A stretch of DNA of 29,769 nt from Bdellovibrionota bacterium. GTDB taxonomy: Bacteria > Bdellovibrionota_C > UBA2361 > JBGSMV01. The notes beneath the pieces were generated by a model, which was given only the letters and a program-made list of their open reading frames with translations, did no database searches and was not told where the DNA came from. This document shows, one piece after another, positions 16,434 through 26,963 of this stretch. The translations under genes were made by a program, and so were the position numbers. The number at the start of each line of letters is the position of its first letter. The first letter of the stretch is position 1. The DNA is taken from the NCBI GenBank assembly GCA_044356455.1, contig JBIKWF010000048.1, positions 1 to 29,769 of the forward strand, written 5' to 3'.

Positions 16434-16784
16434 ACTTCTGTCTTGATTATCATAGGGGATAGCCTTAGTCTTGCGTTGGGCCTGTCCCGGCAGAATGCCC
16501 GGGAGGTGGAGAAGAGTAATGTCAGCAGCAAGCTCCCTTGTTAGTCCAAGTATGCAGGCCGCCATGGCAAAGCTTACCGGCGGTGCGAACCGTGCAACGG
16601 TTACTGATGCGGACGCGGCGGATCACGGGAAGGCTGCGCTTTCAATTGAAGGTCTTGGTGGCGGGCTTGCAGTTCCTAGTCATGCCGGGCCAACGGGCAT
16701 TGGCAGCGCCAGAGAGCTTCCTCAACTCGGGGCTCTCAAGGCTGCCCCCTCTGAGAAGTAATTCTTAATTTGAACCTACGTACA

Positions 16785-16880
16785 GTGCTCTTTTAAAGAG
16801 GTGCTCTTTTAAAGAGGTGCTCTTTTAAAGAGGTGCTCTTTTAAAGAGGTGCTCTTTTAAAGAGGCGCTCTTCGAAAGAG
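16785..16880. repeat. Tandem array of a 16-bp internally palindromic unit
   Basis: GTGCTCTTTTAAAGAG five times exactly plus one variant GCGCTCTTCGAAAGAG; no spacers. Confidence 0.95.
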
Positions 16881-16963
16881 GTGATCCTTAGTGGTCTCTG
16901 TGTTCTTAGTGGTTGTCCCAATCCTAAAAACAACCCATGCAATAAAGGCGAACGTAGCCTCTA

Positions 16964-18535
16964 TTACTTCCTAGGACCCCGCGCAGGCTTATCCGCCCCA
17001 CGTCTGTTTCTATCAGGGCCTCTAGCTTCGGAACGCTGACCGCGGAAATGCCTACGTGGTCCTCCGCCACCTCGATTGTCGCGAGAAGATCCTCGCCTAT
17101 CTCCACCTCTTCTGTCCCCGCCGCGATGCTCCCTCTCCTTAGGAACTTCTGCTTCTTCAAGTACCAGAGGCGACTTTTTCTGGGCCATGCAACACAAGGC
17201 TGCCGCCACATCAGTGACAGAGCAGCCTTTTTCAACGGAAAGCTCTTCAACCACTTTACGGAAGAAGTCGAGCGGCTGTTCGCTCATCACTTTGGAGATA
17301 GTGTCCTTGAAACGCTTTACGCGAAGTTCTGAAACATCTTTTTTCGTAGGGAGAGCAAGCTCCGAGAGAGGTTGGCGGGTCGCATACTCTATTGAGCGCA
17401 AAAGATGTCGCTCGCGAGGCGAGACAAAAAGAATGGCGGTTCCGGAACGCCCCGCGCGTCCAGTTCGGCCGATGCGATGCACATAGGTCTGCGCGTCGTA
17501 AGGAATGTCAAAATTTACGACAAGGCTGATTCTATCAACATCGAGTCCGCGAGCCGCCACGTCCGTTGCGACTACAAGATCTAGTTTCCCAGACTTAAGC
17601 GCCTCCACCGTACGTTCACGATGAACTTGCGTGAGGTCTCCATTGAGCGCGGCGACGCGATACCCGCGTGCTTCGAGCTTTTCGGCAAGTTCAACAGTTG
17701 CAGTCTTGGTCCTTACAAAAAGGAGCCCAGCATCAAAGTCGCTCGTTTCAAGAATGCGGGTGAGCGCATCAAGTTTGTGTAGGCCCGAAACAACCCAGTA
17801 ATGCTGGCTCACTGCTTTAACGGTAGTGGTTTCGCTTTCGATCTTAATTTCAGGCGCATTTTTTAAGTGTTTACGAGCCACGCGGCGAATCGGATCAGGC
17901 ATCGTCGCTGAAAAGAGCGCTATTTGCTTTTCGGCAGGCGTATGCTCAAGGATCCATTCGATATCCTCAAGAAACCCCATGTTCAGCATCTCGTCAGCTT
18001 CGTCGAGCACCACGGTCTTAAGCGCACTTAGATCTAAGGTCTTTCGGCGCAAGTGATCCATGACTCGGCCCGGGGTTCCTACAATAATCTGCGCGCCCCG
18101 TCGCAACTGAGAAATTTGCTGCCCCATTGATTGGCCACCGTACATGGGGAGGACGTGGACCCAGCGCATATTCTGCGCATAACTATGGAAGGCCTCCGCT
18201 ACTTGCAGCGCAAGCTCGCGAGTAGGAGTGAGTACAAGAATTTGAGGAGTTTGCGCCGTCTTCTCGAGGCGACTTAACAAAGGAAGTGCAAAGGCTCCCG
18301 TTTTGCCAGTTCCGGTTTGTGCCTGACCTAAGAGAGATTTCCCTTCAAGCAGGACTGGGATTGCTCGCTCTTGAATAGGGGTAGGGGCTTCGTACCCAAG
18401 GGTCTTAAGGACACTTACAATTTCGGGAAGCAGACCTAAGTCATCGAACCCTGTAGCCTCGCTAAGAGGCGCTTCAAAATCAGACAGGGGAAGTGCGGGG
18501 GCTGCAGAAGTAGACGAGGGGTGAGGAATATTCAT
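16964..18535 (-). CDS. deaD: DEAD-box RNA helicase, DeaD/CsdA-like
   Basis: Q motif PTPIQ, AQTGTGKT, PTRELA, TPGR, LDEADEMLNMGF, SAT, ARGLD, HRIGRTGRAG; Arg/Gly-rich tail; start 18535 or 18550. Confidence 0.9.
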   Translation of the reverse strand: MNIPHPSSTSAAPALPLSDFEAPLSEATGFDDLGLLPEIVSVLKTLGYEAPTPIQERAIPVLLEGKSLLGQAQTGTGKTGAFALPLLSRLEKTAQTPQILVLTPTRELALQVAEAFHSYAQNMRWVHVLPMYGGQSMGQQISQLRRGAQIIVGTPGRVMDHLRRKTLDLSALKTVVLDEADEMLNMGFLEDIEWILEHTPAEKQIALFSATMPDPIRRVARKHLKNAPEIKIESETTTVKAVSQHYWVVSGLHKLDALTRILETSDFDAGLLFVRTKTATVELAEKLEARGYRVAALNGDLTQVHRERTVEALKSGKLDLVVATDVAARGLDVDRISLVVNFDIPYDAQTYVHRIGRTGRAGRSGTAILFVSPRERHLLRSIEYATRQPLSELALPTKKDVSELRVKRFKDTISKVMSEQPLDFFRKVVEELSVEKGCSVTDVAAALCCMAQKKSPLVLEEAEVPKEREHRGGDRRGGDRRGSSRDNRGGGGPRRHFRGQRSEARGPDRNRRGADKPARGPRK

Positions 18536-18896
18536 AGAAAGGGTGTGCACAAAGGAGGCCTTAAGGCCTCGGACAATAAAATTGAATTCAGTACTTCTGG
18601 TTTCAGCAGAGGCAGTTCAAAGGAGGACGTCAACACACCGAAGAGAGCCTCCCTCCGACGCAAACGAGTCGCGTTATAATAGGGGAAAGGTGGCCCTGAA
18701 GCAAAACTTTGAGCCATTTCAGGCGTTAACAGGCCTATGACGAAGGCTCTCTCCCTTCAACTCTCTGCCTACTATGGATGTAAGCGCTTGAATTGATGTG
18801 TGAAAACCAGCTAAGGACGATTGGCGCCCCTCTGTCTCAAACCAGAAGAATCAAACACCATAGGATGGCGCGGAAGTGTGCTCTTTAGCGGTCTCT

Positions 18897-20996
18897 TTAG
18901 AGGGCGACCCCATGCCCCTCGCTGCAGTAAAGCCCCTCTGCCGCCTTAAATCCGTTCTGCACCGCAAACAATCTCACAGTGAGAATCTTCAAGACTTCAT
19001 CTACATCCGGCATGCCAATCTGCATATCGGGAGGTGCCATCATGAGGCCCATTGGAATGAAGCTGCGGGCAAGTTCAAGCAGTGGCTCTGTTGAAAGCAC
19101 GGCATAAAAGTCGCTCGTTGCAGCCTTTCCACCTAAGGCCCGGGCAGAAAGAACTGTTTCATTTATGAGGGACGCGCCGCTTTCAAGTTGCTTCTTGAGG
19201 GCTTGAAGCGCGAGGAAATCCTTTCCAAGCACCAGAATCTTTTCGGAGAAGACGCTCCCCACAAGTTCATTGCCACCAAGATTTACTCGAATTACTTCCT
19301 TAAATGGAATCTGTCCATCTGGGCCAGGAGTCCCAGGCTCAACGACTGCAACAGGAAGTTGAACCATGCCGCTATCGCCTGCCAATAATACCGCTGCGTC
19401 ATTTAGCATCTGCGCAATATCCGCGAGATTCACCGCAGCGTCGAATTCAAATACTACGCCAAGATCGGGAGTCGGCGCTCCTCCCTGGGGAGACATGGCA
19501 AGGGCCATCTGTTCTGGGCGCGGGGCATTTACCAAAAGACCAATTTCACGCACCGATCGCTTGTTAAGCAGGCGACCAAGCGCCTCGTATGTCTTCTGAT
19601 ACTTCTGCCACTCGGGGTCTTGATTCGCTTTGCTGGCGCCCGCTTGGCTAGAAGCGCCGGTGCGAAGCACGCGCGAGGCCGCTGTATAAAGCTTGATGAA
19701 CTCCCCGGAAATATTGAAGGCTGCGAGAGTTTTCGAGTCTACCATTTTAAGAAGAGCTGGCTCGATTCCAGCTGTCCGTTTCTCAAAGGCCTCTTCATAC
19801 ACTTTTGCGAGTTCTGAGCCCCTCGCGATGGTTACGCAAGAGCGTGCGCCAATTCCGTTGATGGCATTAAAGGAGACGCCAATGGTCTCAAGGTCCTTCA
19901 TGCCAGGCGGTGAGAGGGCAGGGCGCGCTTCGGAAGAGGCTGAACCAGATTCCCCACTGGGAGCGCCTGAAAGCGCCGCAAGCTCGGCAGCTGCTGCGGG
20001 ATCAAAAGATTTGAGTGATTTCTCGAGATAGGGGAGAAATTGCCGCGCATCATAAAAGCCAAAGAGCGCAGGGCGTTCAAGGATGCTCATGCGCAAATCA
20101 GACCAGCGAACGGTATCCTTGAGAGCAGGGCCTTGCGCTGAGCCGCCTGCGGCAGAAGAGATAAAACTTCGGTACTCGGAGGCTCCAATCGAAACAAGCA
20201 TGCGGGTCTGTTCAAACTCAATAGCGCCCTCGATGCCGCCAGGCGCAGGAGAGGTGCCATCAGAGCTTTCTCCTGGACCTGCTCCTTGAGCTTTAAGACT
20301 AATTTTGGTGCCCAGCGAATTCTCCTTGGCGACCGTAACCCCATTCATGGTCACGCTTTTTTCGGCGCCAAGAAGTTTCTCAATCACCAACTTCCGAACG
20401 CGTTCTCTTGAGTCTTCGTCCTTAAAAGAAAGCGCAATGATGGTGCGGGGAGTATTCATCCCTGGGGAAACCTCAAAAGTTTCGGCGCTAAGAGCAATTA
20501 CAAATTCATCGAGTCGAGACCACTCTTCACGGAGGATATTGATAATTTCAGCGGGCGTAAGCGTTACATTCGCCGCAAGAGCTCCGGCGCCCATAGCAGC
20601 CTCTGGAGAAGCGCCGCTTAAAGCGCCAAGTGCGGGACCACCAAGCTGATCGACGCTTTGGTTCATGTATTGTTCGAGCAGTTGATCAAGGCCAGCCTTT
20701 TTCCAAAGTGCCGTTTTCGCGAACCGCTCTCTCACATTCACAAAATGATCCCCAAGGGGATCAAAGTTGCGGGGGTCTAGCGAAACGACCGCCATGATTT
20801 GTTCGCTTAAAGAGGGAATGATGCTGCCCGCGGGGAGCTCACCAACAGCGATCTGGACTGGTTCGGAAGGCGTAAGCATGGAACTGACGCTGCTTGAGGT
20901 ACTTCCGCCTTTGGAGAAAAACTGCTGCCAAAGAATAAATCCGCCAATTGCGAGAAATACAAAGGGGACAACGAGAATGAGAATTTTCTTATTCAT
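18897..20996 (-). CDS. Hypothetical membrane-anchored exported protein
   Basis: 699 aa; MNKK followed by a single hydrophobic N-terminal helix, remainder soluble; no motif recognised. Confidence 0.75.
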   Translation of the reverse strand: MNKKILILVVPFVFLAIGGFILWQQFFSKGGSTSSSVSSMLTPSEPVQIAVGELPAGSIIPSLSEQIMAVVSLDPRNFDPLGDHFVNVRERFAKTALWKKAGLDQLLEQYMNQSVDQLGGPALGALSGASPEAAMGAGALAANVTLTPAEIINILREEWSRLDEFVIALSAETFEVSPGMNTPRTIIALSFKDEDSRERVRKLVIEKLLGAEKSVTMNGVTVAKENSLGTKISLKAQGAGPGESSDGTSPAPGGIEGAIEFEQTRMLVSIGASEYRSFISSAAGGSAQGPALKDTVRWSDLRMSILERPALFGFYDARQFLPYLEKSLKSFDPAAAAELAALSGAPSGESGSASSEARPALSPPGMKDLETIGVSFNAINGIGARSCVTIARGSELAKVYEEAFEKRTAGIEPALLKMVDSKTLAAFNISGEFIKLYTAASRVLRTGASSQAGASKANQDPEWQKYQKTYEALGRLLNKRSVREIGLLVNAPRPEQMALAMSPQGGAPTPDLGVVFEFDAAVNLADIAQMLNDAAVLLAGDSGMVQLPVAVVEPGTPGPDGQIPFKEVIRVNLGGNELVGSVFSEKILVLGKDFLALQALKKQLESGASLINETVLSARALGGKAATSDFYAVLSTEPLLELARSFIPMGLMMAPPDMQIGMPDVDEVLKILTVRLFAVQNGFKAAEGLYCSEGHGVAL

Positions 20997-21228
20997 GCAG
21001 CACCAACGCTCAACAGAAAAAGTGGCCTTCGATAGGTTGCTTGATTCGTTGCGCTAACCTGCTACGCGGAGCAAGCCAACGAAGAAGCACGGCGCCTGTA
21101 GAAGACTCTCCCGAAGAAGACTCAATAGAGGCGACACTCGCCGTCTAAGAGCACGCACGTTGTACCAGGTAAGTCCTCGAAAGTTCAAGGGGATTTTCAG
21201 CTTTTGTTAGGCCATGCGCGCCGGGTGT

Positions 21229-21285
21229 GTCCCGTTGCCACAGCCTCCCTGCAGCGGTAGAGATTTTTAGGGGACACAGTCCTAG
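21229..21285 (+). repeat. Diverged right-half copy of the MITE-like element
   Basis: GTCCCGTTGCCAC...GGTAGAGATTTTTAGGGGACACAGTCCTAG matches 1139-1194 at both ends. Confidence 0.55.
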
Positions 21286-21448
21286 GCTTGCCTGCTCGTA
21301 CATGCCTGCTATTTGGCATTTATGTGAGATATAACGGCTACGCGACGAAAGGCTTATAGCGCAGCAGTATTCTTGCGCAGACCCAAACGAGGCGCCCCAA
21401 AAAACTGCGTGAGTAGTGCGTCGGCACCTTTTCTCCACGGACTCTTTA

Positions 21449-23191
21449 ATGAAATCAATTCAAGAAATTGCCGCCATATTCGAGGAAACCGCAGTGTTTA
21501 TGGATCTAAAGGGCGAGAATCCTTTTAAGATCAAAGCGCACGCAAACGCCGCCCGCATCATTGAGAACTGGGGCGATAGCGTGCCAGCGCTTCTTGAGGC
21601 GGTGCAAGCTGGTCAAGTGCGTGGAATCGGCGCGGGCCTCAAGGATAAAGTCGAGATTATCGCGCGCACAGGGGAGCACCCTGAACATGCTGCGTTAAAG
21701 GCCTCAATCCCACCGGGTGTGCTTGCAATGCTGCGGGTGCCAGGGCTTGGGCCCAAGAAAGTGAAAGTTCTCTGGACGGAGCTCTCGCTCACGTCTCTTG
21801 AGGGGCTCGAGCAAGCGTGCGCAGCGCATGCGGTGGCTGCGCTTAAAGGGTTTGGTACTAAGACGGAGCAGAATATTCTTGCGGGCATCGCGAGGATAAG
21901 GAGTTTTGCCGATCAGTTCCGGTATGTAGAGGCTGCGCGGTTCGCGGGCGAACTGAATGCATACCTCGCTTCCTCAAAGGCCTGCGTCTCCCTTGAGATA
22001 GCGGGGTCTTTGCGCCGCGCCAAGGAAATAGTTCGAGACATTGATTTTGTTGCTACCTCGAAAGACCCCCTGGAGTTGCTTACGCATTTTACGAAAGCTC
22101 CACGTGTCGCTTCTGTTTCTGGGCAAGGAGAGACAAAAGCCTCTGTGGTCCTTGAAAATGGGCTCGCGGTGGATTTGCGAGTAGTAAAGGACTCTGAGTT
22201 TTCAACTGCCTTCAATTATTTTTCAGGAAGCAAAGCGCATAACATTCGGCTTCGTACGCGGGCCGAGGAGCGAGGCCTGAAGCTTAATGAATATGGCCTT
22301 TTTCGGGGAGAAGAAGTTATTCCGATTGCCTCAGAGGAGCAGCTCTATCATGCACTCGAGCTCGCTTATATTCCGCCTGAGCTGAGAGAAGATAGAGGAG
22401 AGATTGAGCGTGCCGAGGCCGCCTTTCGTGAGAAGCTAGAGCTCCCGCGACTTGTAGAAGCTAAGGATCTACGCGGGATACTGCACTGCCACAGCACCTA
22501 TAGCGATGGCCGAAATACTTTGCGCGAGATGGCGCTCGCGGTGAAGGGACTGGGATTTGAATATTTTGGTATTACGGATCATTCGCGCTCGGCGGGATAT
22601 GCAGGAGGGCTCTCGATTCAGCGGGTAGAGGAGCAGCATCTTGAGATAGATAAGCTCAACCGCGAACTTGCACCCTTTAAAATATTCAAAGGAATCGAAT
22701 CGGATATTCTTTCTGATGGCAGTCTCGACTACCCAGATGAAATACTGCGGACGTTTGATTTTGTCGTTGCCTCGGTGCATTCGGGGTTTAGCATGCCCGA
22801 GAAGGAGATGACGCAGCGCATAATTCGGGCTCTGCGCCATCCTGCGACTACTATCTTAGGGCACATGACAGGCCGATTGCTTCTTGAGCGTGAAGCATAT
22901 GCCCTTGATATCCCCGAAATAGTAAAGGTGGCAGCAGAAGAAGGAGTTGCGATAGAGCTCAATGCCAATCCCTTTCGATTAGATCTCGATTGGCGCTTTC
23001 ATGAGTCGGCAAGGTCTCTTGGGGTGCAAATTCCGATAAACCCCGATGCACATTCTGTGGAGGGGCTAGCGGATGTGTTTATCGGCATTGGGATAGCGAG
23101 AAAGGGGGGCTGTACCGCAAACGACGTGCCAAATTGTTTAAATCTTTCTGCCTTCGCATCTTGGCTTTCTAAAAGGCAAAAAATTAAGTGA
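21449..23191 (+). CDS. polX: DNA polymerase X family with C-terminal PHP domain
   Basis: GENPFKI, HhH motifs GIGAG / VPGLGPKK / KGFG, GSLRR, DID and VDLRV catalytic aspartates, GSKAHN, LNEYGL; PHP motifs HCHSTYSDG, TDHS, GIESDI, PDAH. Confidence 0.95.
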   Translation: MKSIQEIAAIFEETAVFMDLKGENPFKIKAHANAARIIENWGDSVPALLEAVQAGQVRGIGAGLKDKVEIIARTGEHPEHAALKASIPPGVLAMLRVPGLGPKKVKVLWTELSLTSLEGLEQACAAHAVAALKGFGTKTEQNILAGIARIRSFADQFRYVEAARFAGELNAYLASSKACVSLEIAGSLRRAKEIVRDIDFVATSKDPLELLTHFTKAPRVASVSGQGETKASVVLENGLAVDLRVVKDSEFSTAFNYFSGSKAHNIRLRTRAEERGLKLNEYGLFRGEEVIPIASEEQLYHALELAYIPPELREDRGEIERAEAAFREKLELPRLVEAKDLRGILHCHSTYSDGRNTLREMALAVKGLGFEYFGITDHSRSAGYAGGLSIQRVEEQHLEIDKLNRELAPFKIFKGIESDILSDGSLDYPDEILRTFDFVVASVHSGFSMPEKEMTQRIIRALRHPATTILGHMTGRLLLEREAYALDIPEIVKVAAEEGVAIELNANPFRLDLDWRFHESARSLGVQIPINPDAHSVEGLADVFIGIGIARKGGCTANDVPNCLNLSAFASWLSKRQKIK

Positions 23192-23222
23192 GTAGGCACT
23201 AGAATCGTGATACCAGAATCCG

Positions 23223-24854
23223 ATGAATAGCCTTGGAGCAAATCCGCCGCATGAACCCTCCTCTAATGCCGCCCGCGCCGCTGTGCTTCTCCGAAATGGC
23301 GAGATAGAAGAAGCGTGTGTCCTCCTGGTGGGAAGTTCTGATGTCTCTCCCCGCGAGGCGACAGCTCTTTTAGCCAATTGCCTGCACGCGCTTGAAGTTT
23401 CGTATGAAGAGGAGCAGGCAAAGAGCGATATTGTTAAGGTGCGCGCTTTGGCCATGGATCTCACGGGCGTAGATATTACCCAAGATAGTGCCGGGGCAAC
23501 TTCTCGCCAAACTCCGGTAAGAAGTAAGGTAGAGGAGCTAGGCCGAACGCTGATTGAGATTCTTTCTCCCAATCCTGAGGCGGGCGCAGCACTTCTCGAA
23601 GAGCAGCTTGAATGCGGGTTCGATAGTGTTTGGGACGCCTGCGCGTTAGGGCTCGAGCTCAGCGGGAATCAGCGGCGTGCCTTTGCTCTTGTAGAGGCCC
23701 TTGTGAAAAGGTGGTCAGCAAAGTCCCAGGGCGGCGAGCCACTTATCCCAAGCGAGGAATTTACGAGAGTAGTTGCCGCGCAGTGCGACGAAGCTCCAGG
23801 TTTGGCAGTTCACTTTGAGCGCTGCGTTGTTGCGGGCAACTGCTGGACGCCAGTTGCAGAGAGAGTGCTTGAGAAACTGGGATTCTTGCCGCTCTTGAAG
23901 GACCCCTCTCTTTTGTTTTCCCGCGTCTTCGAAGCTACGGATCCCCGCTCTCTTAAGGAAACGCGGGCCCTTCTTTGTAGAGCGCTGCGGGACGGACAGC
24001 AAAAAGCGGTTGAGGATTTCGCCCTGCTCCTCAAGGCAGAAGCCACGGCTGTCTCTACTCAAGACGCATCTTCAAATTCTCCTTACCCTGCCTTACGTTT
24101 TCTTGCGGATCTGTTTCCGTCTAAGGGACGCTTCTTCCCATCCTCTGTAGAAGCGTATCTTGCGCAGCTTGCAGGCAAGAAAATTTCGCCTCCGCCAGAG
24201 GATACTGCTCAGACCCTCATAGAGGCGGTGCGCCTATATCCAAAACAAGAGAGTAGTGAGTTTGCTTTGCTTAAAGAGCGTGCCTTGGCTTGGTGCGGGC
24301 CAGCTGCCAAGGACGAAACTATGGCTCTCTGTGAGGCCGCTAATTCATTTCCCCAGACTGGAAACGGTATCGATCGGGCCTCCCACGCCCTCGCGGCAGC
24401 ACTTGCGATAGGTGAACCACTCCCGCTCCTTGAATCTACCCTGCTTGAAGCTTGGGAGGAGTGCAAATCAAGAGTTTGGGAAGAACCTCCTGCGTCAGAT
24501 GTAGAGGTCAGCTTTCGGTTTCGAGTAAAATTGATTTGTTCTGGTTTGGCAGCTCTTTCGAATAGGAGCAGCGCGTGCTCCGAAAAATTGAGCGAGGCTC
24601 TTCAGCCGTGGAAGGGTTTTATCGCCTATGGAGCGCTATGTGCAGTGGAACTTGTGCCTGACCCCGGCCAGGCGAAGGAGTTAGTTACCGAGGTCTTATT
24701 TTCTGAGCACGACCTCCCCATGAAAAATCGCGCAGTTGATGCAGCGAAAGCACTTGGCGAGCCGGGGCTGCAACTTCTTAGGAATGCGCTCAAAGGGTCA
24801 GAGGTGCCAGAGCAAGTGCAGGAAAGAATGCGGGCTGCAATTCGCGGGTGGTAG
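23223..24854 (+). CDS. Hypothetical alpha-helical protein (HEAT-like C-terminus)
   Basis: 543-aa Ala/Leu/Glu-rich ORF 31 nt after polX; C-terminal RAVDAAKALG is HEAT-like. Confidence 0.65.
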   Translation: MNSLGANPPHEPSSNAARAAVLLRNGEIEEACVLLVGSSDVSPREATALLANCLHALEVSYEEEQAKSDIVKVRALAMDLTGVDITQDSAGATSRQTPVRSKVEELGRTLIEILSPNPEAGAALLEEQLECGFDSVWDACALGLELSGNQRRAFALVEALVKRWSAKSQGGEPLIPSEEFTRVVAAQCDEAPGLAVHFERCVVAGNCWTPVAERVLEKLGFLPLLKDPSLLFSRVFEATDPRSLKETRALLCRALRDGQQKAVEDFALLLKAEATAVSTQDASSNSPYPALRFLADLFPSKGRFFPSSVEAYLAQLAGKKISPPPEDTAQTLIEAVRLYPKQESSEFALLKERALAWCGPAAKDETMALCEAANSFPQTGNGIDRASHALAAALAIGEPLPLLESTLLEAWEECKSRVWEEPPASDVEVSFRFRVKLICSGLAALSNRSSACSEKLSEALQPWKGFIAYGALCAVELVPDPGQAKELVTEVLFSEHDLPMKNRAVDAAKALGEPGLQLLRNALKGSEVPEQVQERMRAAIRGW

Positions 24855-25006
24855 TAGAATCGCTCGCGGCCTTATAGGCGAGATTCAGAAGGCAAGCGCC
24901 GCGGGGCTGTGAGCCATGCCGGCTAAATGGGTAATGAGTGGTGCGATAACGCAGGTATTCACATCCCCCAATAGAGTGTTTGGGAGAATTCAGCGAGAGG
25001 GAAGTC

Positions 25007-25984
25007 ATGAATAGTCAAGCGAGCCCGAATTTAGCGTTTGGTGAACTCCTATGGGATGTCCTCCATAGAGAGAGCACGCAATACGTCTTGGGCGGTGCCC
25101 CCTCAAATTTCGCTTTTAGGCTCAGTTCGCTGGGGTATTCAACCTTACCTGTAAGTCGGGTTGGAGAGGATCCCCTGGGGCAACGCGCGTTACAACAGCT
25201 GCAAGCTGCAGGAGTTGATACCAGGCTGATTCAACGCGATTTGGGTTTTGCCACTGGCACTGTAGACGTTTTCTTCAAAGGTGGCGGCCACGACTTCACC
25301 ATTCATCCTGGAGTAGCTTATGACCATATTTCTCTTACTGAACCGCTTCGAATAGCTGCGCAAGAGACAAGGCTCATCTGTTTTGGTTCCCTAATCCAGC
25401 GAAATGAGATTTCCCGAAAAACATTAGAAGCGGTGCTCGCGTTAGCTCCAGAGGCTGAGAAAATAGTCGATATTAATCTGCGCAAAAATTGTTACTCGCT
25501 TGAGTCCGTGCGCTGGTCCATAGAGCATGGCACTATTTTAAAACTTAATGACGAAGAGGCCCTAGAGATCTCGGCGATGATGCAATCTCAGGCAACGGAA
25601 GTTCCGGCGATCGCATCCGAGCTGATGGAGCGATTCCCGAATCTCTCTGCCTGTATTGTTACCAGAGGGCCTCATGGCGCCTACGCCATCTCTCGCAATA
25701 ACGAGCGAGTAGATGTCCCAGGGCATAAGGTAGCTGTTGCTGATACCATTGGATCTGGTGATTCGTTTACCGCAGGATTTGCGGCGAAACGGCTCGAGCA
25801 GGCCTCATTTGAGGAGTGTGTAAGATTCGGAAACGCCCTTGGTGCCTTAGTTGCCACGAAACCGGGCGGAATGTGTGTGGTTTCACATGAAGAAATTGAG
25901 CAGCTTCTTCTCGGTGAACGAACGCTTGGATTCGGGGCCTTGCCACAACCAGAACTTCGGCCTCCACCTGGACTCCAGCCTTGA
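25007..25984 (+). CDS. PfkB-family carbohydrate kinase (fructokinase-like)
   Basis: FGELLWD, GGAPSNFA, DINLR, KLNDEE, DTIGSGDSFTAG signature. Confidence 0.93.
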   Translation: MNSQASPNLAFGELLWDVLHRESTQYVLGGAPSNFAFRLSSLGYSTLPVSRVGEDPLGQRALQQLQAAGVDTRLIQRDLGFATGTVDVFFKGGGHDFTIHPGVAYDHISLTEPLRIAAQETRLICFGSLIQRNEISRKTLEAVLALAPEAEKIVDINLRKNCYSLESVRWSIEHGTILKLNDEEALEISAMMQSQATEVPAIASELMERFPNLSACIVTRGPHGAYAISRNNERVDVPGHKVAVADTIGSGDSFTAGFAAKRLEQASFEECVRFGNALGALVATKPGGMCVVSHEEIEQLLLGERTLGFGALPQPELRPPPGLQP

Positions 25985-25996
25985 AAACAGAAGCGC

Positions 25997-26053
25997 GTCC
26001 CGTTGTCACCACAACATGTCGTGGTAGAAATTTCCTACGGGACAGACTCCTAG
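25997..26053 (+). repeat. Right-half copy of the MITE-like element between convergent genes
   Basis: 51 of 56 nt identical to 1139-1194; nested hairpins GTCCCGT/ACGGGAC and ACCAC/GTGGT. Confidence 0.8.
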
Positions 26054-26063
26054 CGCTACCTAT

Positions 26064-26963
26064 TCAGGGCTTTCTTGGACCGTGGGCAAGCAGCCGTCCC
26101 CGAGGAACTCGAGTAACGCCTCGAACTTTAGGTTTAAAGGTACACCCCGGCTTGGGCCTTTTGACGCTGCCCCCGACAGGAGAACAACCTGACGGAGAGC
26201 CAACGCCCTGGACGATTTCGGCTTCTATGGTAATTTGGACGAGCGCATTCTCAATCGGCAGGCGCCCTAGCACTGAAAATCCTCGAAAGTCTCCGAGAGT
26301 CAAATTTATTCGAATTGGCCCGCCCCGATAACGGACAGCAAGAGTCGCTAGTCCAGCGCTATTGGTTTCAGCGCCCAGGCTCCCAATCGAAACTTGCATG
26401 TTTGGAATTGGGGAATTGTTGGGCTCAACCACGGTGACCTCGATTTGAAGCGATGCCTCCGAAGTGGGGCTGGGAGTTGGCGACGGGGTTGTTGGCTGCG
26501 GTGGTGGAGATGGCGAAGCCGCGGGTGGGCCTGCTCCTGGAGTCGACGTTGGAAGCGGCGATATCTGAATTGACCGCACTCTGATATTTCCAGATTGATC
26601 AAGAATTAAAACGACCACAGCGTTTGGTGCGTCGGGAGAGAGCGTCCCAATAGCGACGCTGCCCCCTTGTCCGCTGCTAGTCCGTACGGTGAGTGCGAGA
26701 GGCTCTGACGAGATCATGGCAGATATCTCAAAAGAACCGTCGCTGGCGGTCGTAGTGCGGTCGTCTGTGTTCTCAAGCAGTATTGAGGCTTGAGAAATGC
26801 CGTTTCCACTCTCATCTTCAAGAGAGCCCGAGATAGTACTTCGAAATGACGTCGAGCCACCTGCGTCGGTGCCGCTTGTGCCTCCTCCGCAGCCACCGAG
26901 AAGGAAAATTCCGAGAAGACACAGTGACAGATAAAAATATGCGCTAGTTCTATACAACTTCAT
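26064..26963 (-). CDS. Lipoprotein with two beta-sandwich (carboxypeptidase-regulatory-like) domains and a Pro/Ser/Thr linker
   Basis: Lipobox LGGC followed by GGGTSGTD; ISGSLEDESGNGISQASI...TTTASDGSF; PAASPSPPPQPTTPSPTPSPT linker. Confidence 0.8.
   Translation of the reverse strand: MKLYRTSAYFYLSLCLLGIFLLGGCGGGTSGTDAGGSTSFRSTISGSLEDESGNGISQASILLENTDDRTTTASDGSFEISAMISSEPLALTVRTSSGQGGSVAIGTLSPDAPNAVVVLILDQSGNIRVRSIQISPLPTSTPGAGPPAASPSPPPQPTTPSPTPSPTSEASLQIEVTVVEPNNSPIPNMQVSIGSLGAETNSAGLATLAVRYRGGPIRINLTLGDFRGFSVLGRLPIENALVQITIEAEIVQGVGSPSGCSPVGGSVKRPKPGCTFKPKVRGVTRVPRGRLLAHGPRKP

Noticed and set aside
16471..16761. Small plus-strand Ala/Gly-rich ORF between the Fic and deaD genes
   Set aside because: No clear RBS or recognisable motif; it may be real but cannot be supported.
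16785..16880. CRISPR array
   Set aside because: Units are only 16 bp, abut directly with no spacers, and no cas genes are present.
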